From Nemertoderma westbladi (lineage: Eukaryota > Animalia > Xenacoelomorpha), in assembly GCA_032718475.1 (NCBI GenBank), contig JAUCBJ010009103.1, positions 186,001 through 250,000 of the forward strand: a DNA stretch of 64,000 nt. The letters run 5' to 3'. Below are positions 27,401 to 39,400 of the stretch, piece after piece. Both the position numbers and the translations under genes were made by a program. Numbering within the stretch: the stretch's first letter is position 1; each line of letters begins with the position of its first letter. The notes beneath the pieces are model-generated. The model saw nothing but the letters and a program-made list of their open reading frames with translations, was not told the DNA's origin and did no database searches.

Positions 27401-30400
27401 GGTATTCACTTTGACGCTGCAGACACGTCTGGAGACCTGGGGTTAGATTCATCATGTGGTTAATAATGATGAATTGACTGGGAGAGATATTCTGCCCCAG
27501 TAGCGTTGGGGGTAGGATACCCATTTGAATTGCCGCCTTTATGTGGTAGATATTCATTTGTAATTGTTGTTGTTGTTGATTATTAGGAAGTTGGCCCTGA
27601 AGATTATTTGGGCCAACAAGATTCCCTTTCATTCCCTATAAAAACAGGTTTAAATATATTAAAATTGATAACTAAAAAACTATTATAAAATGTATATTTA
27701 AATAAATAAACAACTACTTTAGCATACTAACAAGTAATGCAGCAGCGGTTGCAGCTGATGAATTTTGTAGCACCGGGTTAATCTGATTGGCTGGTCCCGG
27801 CATACGCTGATTAGCAACTCCCATATCCTATTAATGGACAATACAGTATTACCCAATAAAAGTATTACAATTATAAATAATAAAACAAACACGTTCGTGG
27901 GGCGCCGCGCAGCACGCCAACTTGAGCAAATTCGAATTGATCTGGAGTCAACATTTCGAGAGGTTTGCCCGTAACTTTCAAAAATATTGGAACTTTCTCT
28001 AGTATGCCCATACAAAATTTGGTTGAAAATGGTTAAAGTCTTCAAAAGTTAGGAAGTTCACGAATCACGAATGAATTTTTCATTACAGACGGACAGACAG
28101 ACAGACAGAAGACGGACATGAAATTTTGCCCTATTTACTAATTATAATTGTGCGCTATGGCTCTCCTGACTGCGTGGCTCGCCCCCCATACTGTAGACCA
28201 TAAATAGGAATATGCGTAATGTAGGATGATAATATTTGTCCCAGTTGCCATAGCTCCCATAGGTCCCATAGGTTAGTAATGGCATGATGCTTTCACTCTC
28301 TTGTTGTATTCCCTTCTCTTCTCCTGCTGTTATCCTTTAATGCTTTCTCCCTTCTCTTCTCCTGCTGTTATCCTTTAATGCTTTCTCCCTTCCCATCTCC
28401 TGCTGTTATCCTTTAATGCTTTCTCCATTCTCTTCTCCTGCTGTTATCCTTTAATGCTTTCTCCATTCTCTTCTCCTGCTGTTATCCTTTAATGCTTTCT
28501 CCCTTCTCTTCTCCTGCTGTTATCCTTTAATGCTTTCTCCCTTCCCTTCTCCTGCTGTTATCCTTTAATGCTTTCTCCATTCTCTTCTCCTGCTGTTATC
28601 CTTTAATGCTTTCTCCATTCTCTTCTCCTGCTGTTATCCTTTAATGCTTTCTCCCTTCCCATCTCCTGCTGTTATCCTTTAATGCTTTCTCCCTTCCCAT
28701 CTCCTGCTGTTATCCTTTAATGCTTTCTCCCTTCTCTTCTCCTGCTGTTATCCTTTAATGCTTTCTCCCTTCTCTTCTCCTGCTGTTATCCTTTAATGCT
28801 TTCTCCCTTCTCTTCTCCTGCTGTTATCCTTTAATGCTTTCTCCATTCTCTTCTCCTGCTGTTATCCTTTAATGCTTTCTCCCTTCTCTTCTCCTGCTGT
28901 TATCCTTTAATGCTTTCTCCCTTCTCTTCTCCTGCTGTTATCCTTTAATGCTTTCTCCCTTCTCTTCTCCTGCTGTTATCCTTTAATGCTTTCTCCCTTC
29001 TCTTCTCCTGCTGTTATCCTTTAATGCTTTCTCCCTTCTCTTCTCCTGCTGTTATCCTTTAATGCTTTCTCCCTTCCCTTCTCCTGCTGTTATCCTTTAA
29101 CGCTTTCTCCCTTCTCTTCTCCTGCTGTTATCCTTTAATGCTTTCTCCCTTCTCTTATCCTGCTGTTATCCTTTAACGCTCTCTCCCTTCCCTTCTCCTG
29201 CTGTTATCCTTTAACGCTTTCTCCCTTCTCTTCTCCTGCTGTTATCCTTTAATGCTTTCTCCCTTCTCATCTCCTGCTGTTATCCTTTAATGCTTTCTCC
29301 ATTCTCTTCTCCTGCTGTTATCCTTTAATGCTTTCTCCATTCTCTTCTCCTGCTGTTATCCTTTAATACTTTCTCCCTTCTCTTCTCCTGCTGTTATCCT
29401 TTAATGCTTTCTCCATTCTCTTCTCCTGCTGTTATCCTTTAATGCTTTCTCCCTTCTATTCTCCTGCTGTTATCCTTTAATGCTTTCTCCCTTCCCATCT
29501 CCTGCTGTTATCCTTTAATGCTTTCTCCCTTCTCTTCTCCTGCTGTTATCCTTTAATGCTTTCTCCCTTCTCTTCTCCTGCTGTTATCCTTTAATGCTTT
29601 CTCCCTTCCCTTCTCCTGCTGTTATCCTTTAATGCTTTCTCCCTTCTCTTCTCCTGCTGTTATCCTTTAATGCTTTCTCCCTTCCCTTCTCCTGCTGTTA
29701 TCCTTTAATGCTTTCTCCCTTCTCATCTCCTGCTGTTATCCTTTAATGCTTTCTCCCTTCTCTTCTCCTGCTGTTATCCTTTAATACTTTCTCCCTTCTC
29801 TTCTCCTGCTGTTATCCTTTAATGCTTTCTCCCTTCTCTTCTCCTGCTGTTATCCTTTAATGCTTTCTCCCTTCCCTTCTCCTGCTGTTATCCTTTAATG
29901 CTTTCTCCCTTCTCTTCTCCTGCTGTTATCCTTTAATGCTTTCTCCCTTCCCTTCTCCTGCTGTTATCCTTTAATGCTTTCTCCCTTCTCTTCTCCTGCT
30001 GTTATCCTTTAATGCTTTCTCCATTCTCTTCTCCTGCTGTTATCCTTTAATGCTTTCTCCCTTCTCATCTCCTGCTGTTATCCTTTAATGCTTTCTCCCT
30101 TCTCTTCTCCTGCTGTTATCCTTTAATGCTTTCTCCATTCTCTTCTCCTGCTGTTATCCTTTAATGCTTTCTCCCTTCTCTTCTCCTGCTGTTATCCTTT
30201 AATGCTTTCTCCCTTCTCTTCTCCTGCTGTTATCCTTTAATGCTTTCTCCCTTCTCTTCTCCTGCTGTTATCCTTTAATGCTTTCTCCATTCTCTTCTCC
30301 TGCTGTTATCCTTTAATGCTTTCTCCCTTCTCTTCTCCTGCTGTTATCCTTTAATGCTTTCTCCCTTCTCATCTCCTGCTGTTATCCTTTAATGCTTTCT

Positions 30401-33400
30401 CCCTTCTCTTCTCCTGCTGTTATCCTTTAATGCTTTCTCCATTCTCTTCTCCTGCTGTTATCCTTTAATGCTTTCTCCATTCTCTTCTCCTGCTGTTATC
30501 CTTTAATGCTTTCTCCATTCTCTTCTCCTGCTGTTATCCTTTAATGCTTTCTCCCTTCTCTTCTCCTGCTGTTATCCTTTAATGCTTTCTCCCTTCTCTT
30601 CTCCTGCTGTTATCCTTTAATGCTTTCTCCCTTCTCATCTCCTGCTGTTATCCTTTAATGCTTTCTCCCTTCTCTTCTCCTGCTGTTATCCTTTAATGCT
30701 TTCTCCATTCTCTTCTCCTGCTGTTATCCTTTAATGCTTTCTCCCTTCTCTTCTCCTGCTGTTATCCTTTAATGCTTTCTCCCTTCTCTTCTCCTGCTGT
30801 TATCCTTTAATGCTTTCTCCCTTCTCTTCTCCTGCTGTTATCCTTTAATGCTTTCTCCATTCTCTTCTCCTGCTGTTATCCTTTAATGCTTTCTCCCTTC
30901 TCTTCTCCTGCTGTTATCCTTTAATGCTTTCTCCCTTCTCTTCTCCTGCTGTTATCCTTTAATGCTTTCTCCATTCTCTTCTCCTGCTGTTATCCTTTAA
31001 TGCTTTCTCCCTTCTCTTCTCCTGCTGTTATCCTTTAATGCTTTCTCCCTTCTCATCTCCTGCTGTTATCCTTTAATGCTTTCTCCCTTCTCTTCTCCTG
31101 CTGTTATCCTTTAATGCTTTCTCCATTCTCTTCTCCTGCTGTTATCCTTTAATGCTTTCTCCCTTCTCTTCTCCTGCTGTTATCCTTTAATGCTTTCTCC
31201 CTTCTCTTCTCCTGCTGTTATCCTTTAATGCTTTCTCCCTTCTCTTCTCCTGCTGTTATCCTTTAATGCTTTCTCCATTCTCTTCTCCTGCTGTTATCCT
31301 TTAATACTTTCTCCCTTCTCATCTCCTGCTGTTATCCTTTAATGCTTTCTCCCTTCCCATCTCCTGCTGTTATCCTTTAATGCTTTCTCCCTTCCCTTCT
31401 CCTGCTGTTATCCTTTAATGCTTTCTCCCTTCTCTTCTCCTGCTGTTATCCTTTAATGCTTTCTCCCTTCTCGTTATACAATATAGCTTTATCCACAAAT
31501 CTTCCCGTTATACATTCTCTTAGATTTATCCAACAACGGTACCCTTCCCCTTGCCGTTATCTAATACTACTACTAGGTCAATGAGATCCTTCCAGGCTTC
31601 CCGATTCTCCATAGTTGTCGCAATTTCGTTTCTCCCAAGTTCAGTATCCCTTTCAAGTTGATCTATATATGTTATGGCCGGTCGTCCACGACTACGCTTT
31701 CCATGAGTTGGTTGCCAGAGAAGTAGATCTGGTATGACCTCGTCTTTACTTCGCCAGCAGTGCACACTGAATCTTAATCTGCGTTCACGGAGGGTGGTTG
31801 ATACAGGTGGTATTGTACCATAAAGCTCGGCGTTTGTCATGTGTTGTGTTAATTTTCTATTGAGCTACCCAGACTTTTGCTCTCCCAACTTCTATGTCTT
31901 CTCGGCTTTCTTCTACTTTTTGCCCATGACTCAGGGTACTGGAAGTTATCAACCTTCCTGAGTTGATTATTATTAATTGTTGTCAAGTTTTCATCAACAT
32001 TAAAGGTCATGATTTCGGTCTTGGTAGCATTTATATGCAATCCAACCTCCTTAGCAGCCCTCTCCACTTTATTTAGAAGAAGCTGTGCATCTGCTAGCGT
32101 ATTAGAGAGCAGGGCGATGTCATCCGCAAAGTCGGTGTCTGTGACTGTAGTTTCCGGATATCCACTACTTCTGCGTTCTTGAAGTGTGAATCCCAGATCT
32201 TCACCCTTTGTGGCCGTCCTCATTGCGTAACCCAGTACAATTACAAATAGTAATGACGCCAATGTGTCACCTTGCAGTACGCCAGCCAGGATTGAGAATA
32301 ACTCAGTTTCCCCACCTGGTGATATTACTTAAGCTTCTGTTTCACAATATAACAACAATACAATACCAGCAGCTAAGCTACCATTAATTCTGGTATTCCA
32401 TAAGCTCTTAGGATTTCCAGTGTTTTACCTCAATAAGCTTTCTAAAAGTCCACTGTGGGGAGAATCTTTGGAATTCCTTCAACTAGTCTCCGTGGCGATA
32501 GCCTAGTCTTATCTAATATTGCCACGCGGTATCTTCATCCAATAAAGAGTTCGCATTGGAGAGAGCCCAATAATTTATAGCCCAATAATTTATAGCCCAA
32601 TAAATTATAGCCCAATAATTGATAGCCCAATAATTTATAGCCCAATAATTTATAGCCCAATAATTTATAACCCAATAATTTATAGCCCAATAATTTATAG
32701 CCCAATAATTTATAGCCCAATAATTTATACCCCAATTTTGTATCCATTCTTGACGTTATCCAACGGTGCCATCCTTTCTTTTGTTGTTACCCGAAAGTGA
32801 TTTTCCCTTCTTTTGATGTTATCCAATAATGTTAACCAAAATCTTACTATATTTTACTAAATCTTACTATCGATTATAATTAAATCGCTTTGATTTTTTT
32901 CACATATGAATAAATTCCATAAATACTGTTAGTTAATTAATATTGTATAATTACCCGCCCAAGCGTTATCATTCAAAAATACAAAATACATTTACGCCCT
33001 GGTACAGATAGCAGCTGCAAAGTTAAACAGAAATCGCACATCAAAACGAGGCCATGCCTCCCTCCCGAGCTACATTGACGCGGTTAGCTAACTACGATAA
33101 GCTTGGGCGCCATTCAAATACCACGACACGCGTATTCACATAGGGGGGGATTGGAGAGATCCGAGATTGGATGGGGGACGCAAATCCAATCTCGGCGAAT
33201 TAATATCTCGCCTCAATGTTCAATTATGAAGTAAGAGAAAGGAGCAGGTTATAGTGGAACATTATTCTAACCAAAACAATAAACGAAAGGCAATAACAGG
33301 TTACAGTTTTAGTTTAGTTTTATTTGTATTAAAACAATTCATCCTCCTGGAGAGGGGTGAATGATAGCGTCGAAGCCCTATATGATAGCGTTACAATTTT

Positions 33401-36400
33401 GTTTGGGCACAGCATGGAAATGTTAAATATACACAGAAGGTTACAAACATCCCTGGAGGCAATCTTTGTTATTTTCATCAATTAGGCATTATAATGCCTA
33501 CTTTACTACAGTAATGTGACGTCACTGCTAAAATATTTTTGAAAACTGTCGTGCCGGTCAAAAGATATAGGGATCATCAGATTTACAATAACATGACCAG
33601 AAATAAAAATTCGGAGTAAAATACTTTAATGACTTTTCCATCACGTCACGATAATTTGAGCAACAACAGTTCAATAAATTGTTCACCTTTTCAGAATTTT
33701 TGTACTCGTTGAAACCAGAAGTAGTGGCTAAACTTAGTGGGAGTTGTGTCGGGTGGGTGTAAAACGCGGATCCGGGAGGACTTCCGTAGGGACAATGTTA
33801 AATGTAGAATCCGGATCCGGATCCGGATCCGCGTTTTACTCTGACCCAGTTTTGTCGTGAAGTTTTTGTTCAAAGTAAAAAAAATACGATAAATGGTATC
33901 TTGGAAATATTCTCTTTAACTTAAACGGGTTTAAAGATAAAAAACGGTCAGATTCTGTTAGATATTCCGCACTATTTAAAGTAAGATATCGTACACAAAT
34001 GAATTTATATTATTTTTGATATTAAAATCATATTATTTGGTTGTTAGTTGGTTTGGGTTATTGATATATTTTATAATCTAAGTTATAATATGATAAATTA
34101 TTGCAAACATGTGTTTCGACATAATTATAGTTATTATTGAAATATAATAAAATATTGATCTGTTTGTAGTTGGTACGGGTTGATAAATATTGTAATTTCA
34201 AAATAAATAATATGATAAAATAATGCAAACAGGTGCGAGCGGTGACCGGTGTCCGCCTTCAGGTCTCTTACATCAGTAGCACTACCATGTGTAGTATAGA
34301 CACCGTACATTGTGGAATGACGCCCCGCTAGCAGCAGTTGTAACATTGTGTTGGTGGGTGGCAGGAGTGACATCATGGTGGCGGCGGTGGTACTAGGGTT
34401 CCAATGTATAGCAACACTGTAGTTGTGGCTGTGTTATAGTGGGGTTGGCGACATGGTGCTTAAATGGTGGCAGTTGCACCTCGCTTTAGTCAGACACAGA
34501 CCATAATTAAAGCAGTAATTGAATCCTATCCCTAATCCGAGCAATGAGTTTCTAATCGAATTAATTTTGTGGAATTGAGGATTTACCATTGCAATATCCA
34601 AACGAATGACATATTTTATAAAAGAGAAAAGTTGCCTCCAGACGGGATACATTTGTACTTCCGTGCATATTTAGTATTCCATACGTACAGTTTCACAAAG
34701 TCTGCATTGACCCCTAGGTGGTATCGAACTGGTGACTTCCAGATTAGATTTCTGGCACTATAACCATTCCAAAAGCGGTTCAGATAAAATATCTTGTGTG
34801 CGTGCCGAAACCAAACTAAATAGCGTGACATAATATTTGAATGGCCCTACATCTGCGCAAGTCATGCAATGCAAAAACTTGAGACCCCTATTAGCGCCCA
34901 TTCACTTTATATTTATAACATTACGTATAACCCTGGCCAGGCCACTTATCTAATTTCATTGCACATTTAATAATCAATAGTTTGGCGGGTTACATATCAG
35001 GGGGAGGAGGGGGGTAACAGAACCTTTCAATCTCCTCCAGTCTCATGCAGTCTACCTGATACGTTAGTGGTCAATGTTTGAAGGTTGCTATATGAAGCAA
35101 TTTTATATTTTTGCATGTCCTTAATATACAATTAGTTATTGATAGATTAGACTGTTATGAACAAATGATCTATAACTAGTGTGTTAGATTTCTCTTTCTA
35201 TTTGTTTCCAAAAAAATTTAAAATTTCCATTGTACAAATTTTTTACAATTTCAACATAAAAACAAAGCCAGTTAGGAAAAATAAGATCTAATAGAGAGAA
35301 AAAAAAGTAGACATAAAAAAGGTTCTGTGACGTCCGTATGGCAATAATAGCTTTGTGTAGGAAATCGTAGATCAAGGTAAAGCAGAAAGGGACACCGGAA
35401 TACCTTGTCGGAGTCCGGCAACGGGGGGTGGTGACCCACGGCTAGGGGTGTCTGCCAGTCCACCGGCACAACTACCGGTAACGGCGGTGTAGACTGTTGT
35501 CCATCCTCCGTCTGATTAGCACAAACAATAAATAGGCCTTTGTTTACATCGGATGCATTAAATAATTAAAACTGGCCAAAAATATAATACGTAATGGGAG
35601 AGAGGAGATGTCAAAAGAACCGGGTCAAAAAGCAATTCGGTATCGGATAATTTGGTGCTACGATAGTACGCTATTCGGTCACAAAAATTTATTTCGACTA
35701 CATTTCCCTGTGTAGGAGGCACCACGTACTACCGTACGTAGAATAAAATGTTACTACCGTAGTATAAAATGGTACTACCGTAGTATAAAATGTTACTACC
35801 GTAGTATAAAATGGTACTACCGTAGTATAAAATGTTACTACCGTAGTATAAAATGGTACTACCGTAGTATAAAATGTTACTACCGTAGTATAAAATGGTA
35901 CTACCGTAGTATGAAATTGTACTAACCGTAGTATAAAATGTTACTACCGTAGTATAAAATGTTACTACCGTAATATTAAATTGTACTACCGTAGTATAAA
36001 ATGGTACTACCGTAGTATAAAATGTTACTACCGTAGTATAAAATGGTACTACCGTAGTATAAAATGTTACTACCGTAGTATAAAATGGTACTACCGTAAT
36101 ATTAAATTGTACTACCGTAGTATAAAATGGTACTACCGTAGTATAAAATGTTACTACCGTAGTATAAAATGGTACTACCGTAATATTAAATTGTACTACC
36201 GTAGTATAAAATGGTACTACCGTAGTATAAAATGGTACTACCGTAGTATGAAATTGTACTAACCGTAGTATAAAATGTTACTACCGTAGTATAAAATGTT
36301 ACTACCGTAGTATAAAATGGTACTACCGTAATATTAAATTGTACTACCGTAGTATAAAATGGTACTACCGTAGTATAAAATGGTACTACCGTAGTATGAA

Positions 36401-39400
36401 ATTGTACTACCGTAGTATAAAATGGTACTACCGTAGTATAAAATGGTACTACCGTAGTATGAAATTGTACTACCGTAGTATGAAATGGTACTACCGTAGT
36501 ATAAAATGGTATTACCGTAGTATAAAATGGTACTACCGTAGTATGAAATTGTACTACCGTAGTATGAAATGGTACTACCGTAGTATAAAATGGTACTACC
36601 GTAGTATGAAATTGTACTACCGTAGTATGAAATGGTACTACCGTAGTATAAAATGGTACTACCGTAGTATGAAATTGTACTACCGTAGTATAAAATGGTA
36701 CAACCGTAGTATGAAATTGTACTAACCGTAGTATAAAATGGTACTACAGTAGTATAAAATGGTACTACCGTAGTATAAAATGGTACAACCGTAGTATGAA
36801 ATTGTACTAACCGTAGTATAAAATGGTACTACAGTAGTATAAAATTGTACTACCGTAGTATAAAATGGTACTACCGTAGTATAAAATGGTACAACCGTAG
36901 TATGAAATTGTACTAACCGTAGTATAAAATGGTACTACAGTAGTATAAAATGGTACTACCGTAGTAAAAAATGGTACTACCGTAGTATAAAATGGTACTA
37001 CAGTAGTATAAAATTGTACTACCGTAGTATAAAATGGTACTACCGTAGTATAAAATGGTACAACCGTAGTATGAAATGGTACTACAGTAGTATAAAATGG
37101 TACTACCGTAGTATAAAAATGGTACTACCGTAGTATAAAATGGTACTACAGTAGTATAAAATTGTACTACCGTAGTATAAAATGGTACTACCGTAGTATA
37201 AAATTGTACTAACCGTAGTATAAAATGGTACTACAGTAGTATAAAATGGTACTACCGTAGTATAAAATGGTACAACCGTAGTATGAAATTGTACTAACCG
37301 TAGTATAAAATGGTACTACAGTAGTATAAAATGGTACTACCGTAGTATAAAATGGTACTACAGTAGTATAAAATTGTACTACCGTAGTATAAAATGGTAC
37401 TACCGTAGTATAAAATGGTACAACCGTAGTATGAAATTGTACTAACCGTAGTATAAAATGGTACTACAGTAGTATAAAATGGTACTACCGTAGTATAAAA
37501 TGGTACTACCGTAGTATGAAAGGGTATTACCGTAGTATAACATGGAAATGGTACTACCGAAGTATGAAATGGTACTACCGAAGTAGGTCTAAATGGGACG
37601 AAGGTTCGTATAGGTAGACTTCACAATCTTCATTATGAATGAAGATAAATGAGCAGGTTATAGTGGCAGGCACGTCATTCTAACCAAAACAATAAAGAAA
37701 GTCAATAGCGCAGGTTATTTGATGTGGTAGTACAGCAGCCCACGCGGTCGGCGCTATGTAGTACCAGTTGTCTAGGCGGTTAATAATACTACAGTAGTAA
37801 TTAATACCTGACGGATGCCTAGGCAAGGCATGTTGTACTGCGGTAGTACTGAGTGCAGAGGCATCAGATACTACGGTAGTATCTTTTCGGGGCAGTACAG
37901 TGTTAGCTTCCAGATACACCGGCACTGAATTATTCTGGACGAAGTTGCTTACATCCATATAATATTAATAAAACAAATGTCTGAAAATATATGGTAAAAA
38001 TGAAGGGGAAATGGAAATTGAGTTATAAATAAATGGGGAAAGTGAGATGAAATACACTACTATGAATTAAAATTACTTGTGGCAGTTTGTGGAATTAAAT
38101 AAACTTATATGTGGAAGTTGATGGAGTGAAATAAACTTATATGTGGAAGTTGGTGCAGTGAAATAAACTTACATGTGGAAGTTGGTGGAGTGAAATAAAC
38201 TTACATGTGGAAGTTGGTGCAGTGAAATAAACTTACATGTGGAAATTGGTGGAGTGAAATAAACTTACATGGTGATGTTAGTAGAGTGAAATAAACTTAC
38301 ATGTGGCCTTTGATTGAAGTTTTTGACACCCGCCGAAGCACCGATTTGTCCAGCTGTCCCGGGCCAATGCTGGTTGCTACGTAACGCCGCATTGGCGTCG
38401 CCCCATAGACCCGTTACGTCGTCCCCTATTGGTGGTTTCCCTTGGAGGGGAGGGGCTTGTGAGTCGTCCCATCCGCTGCCCCCCTTCTGGGGTTTAATAA
38501 CCTGGTAAAACAACGGACAGGTTCGCTGTTGTAGTTAGAGTTACCAACAGGAAACACGGAAAATTTGAGAACACAGCATGCCTGTTCTAGAAGGCAATGT
38601 ATGTCAGAGAACCCAACTTGCACACAAAATGCTTGTTACAGAAAATAATCTAGCCGTTAGTTTCAAAACACTATTGGCGTGTTCTAGAACAAATGTTTGT
38701 TGTTGAACAAAACCGCCTGTTCTAGAGCACAAAAACCTGCCTGTTATAGAACCTGCCATGCTTGTTCTAGAAGACGAAATGACTGTCCTAGAACGCTCAA
38801 TATATGTTCTAGAACATACATACCTATTTTAGAATAAAACAAGCAGTCTATTAATGTTCCCAAGTCGTTACATATATACTATAGATAATGTGGGGCGAGC
38901 CACGAAGTTGGCGGAGCCTTAGCGAATTGACACTGTTAGGGGGTGGGTCAATTTATGCAAATAGTTGTCGTCGTCGTCGTCGTCGTCGTTGTCGTCGTCG
39001 TCGTTGTCGTCGTCGTCGTTGTCGTCGTCGTTACGATTTTGACATGCTAATAACTTTGTCGGATTTAAAGCTGCCAAGTTGAAAATTTGTAGGTATCAAT
39101 ATAAGCAAAAGTTGAGATTTTTGAGAGACTTTCAGACACCATCAGTGCAATGGTCTCCCGCTAGAGGGCCACATGTCTAAACATTAAATGGCCACCCATT
39201 TCTTTGCTTTTAATCCGTTTAAGCTGAAACTTGGGAAGTATGTACTAGACCATTAGCTGTAAATTTCAAAGGAGGCTAATCTGTCTGCAGTTCTCCAGTC
39301 TGCCGCTAGAGGGCGAAATGTCCCGAATGTGAAATTATTCTTCCATTTAGTTGTTTATGATCTGATTACGCTGAAACTTGTCATATATGTACTAGATGAC

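Noticed and set aside
34134-34500. GC-richer patch with a GAT|GTAAGA donor as a possible GW182 (UBA) exon
   Set aside because: The translation has no UBA or GW features, and I found no phase-compatible strong acceptor.
35981-36725. YYRSIKW-repeat ORFs
   Set aside because: Translation of the 21-bp minisatellite, broken by 1-bp indel units.
38560-38850. Cluster of TGTTCTAGAA motifs resembling heat-shock elements
   Set aside because: The pattern fits the internal repeats of a degenerate MITE, lies mid-intron, and I could not define termini or a promoter context.
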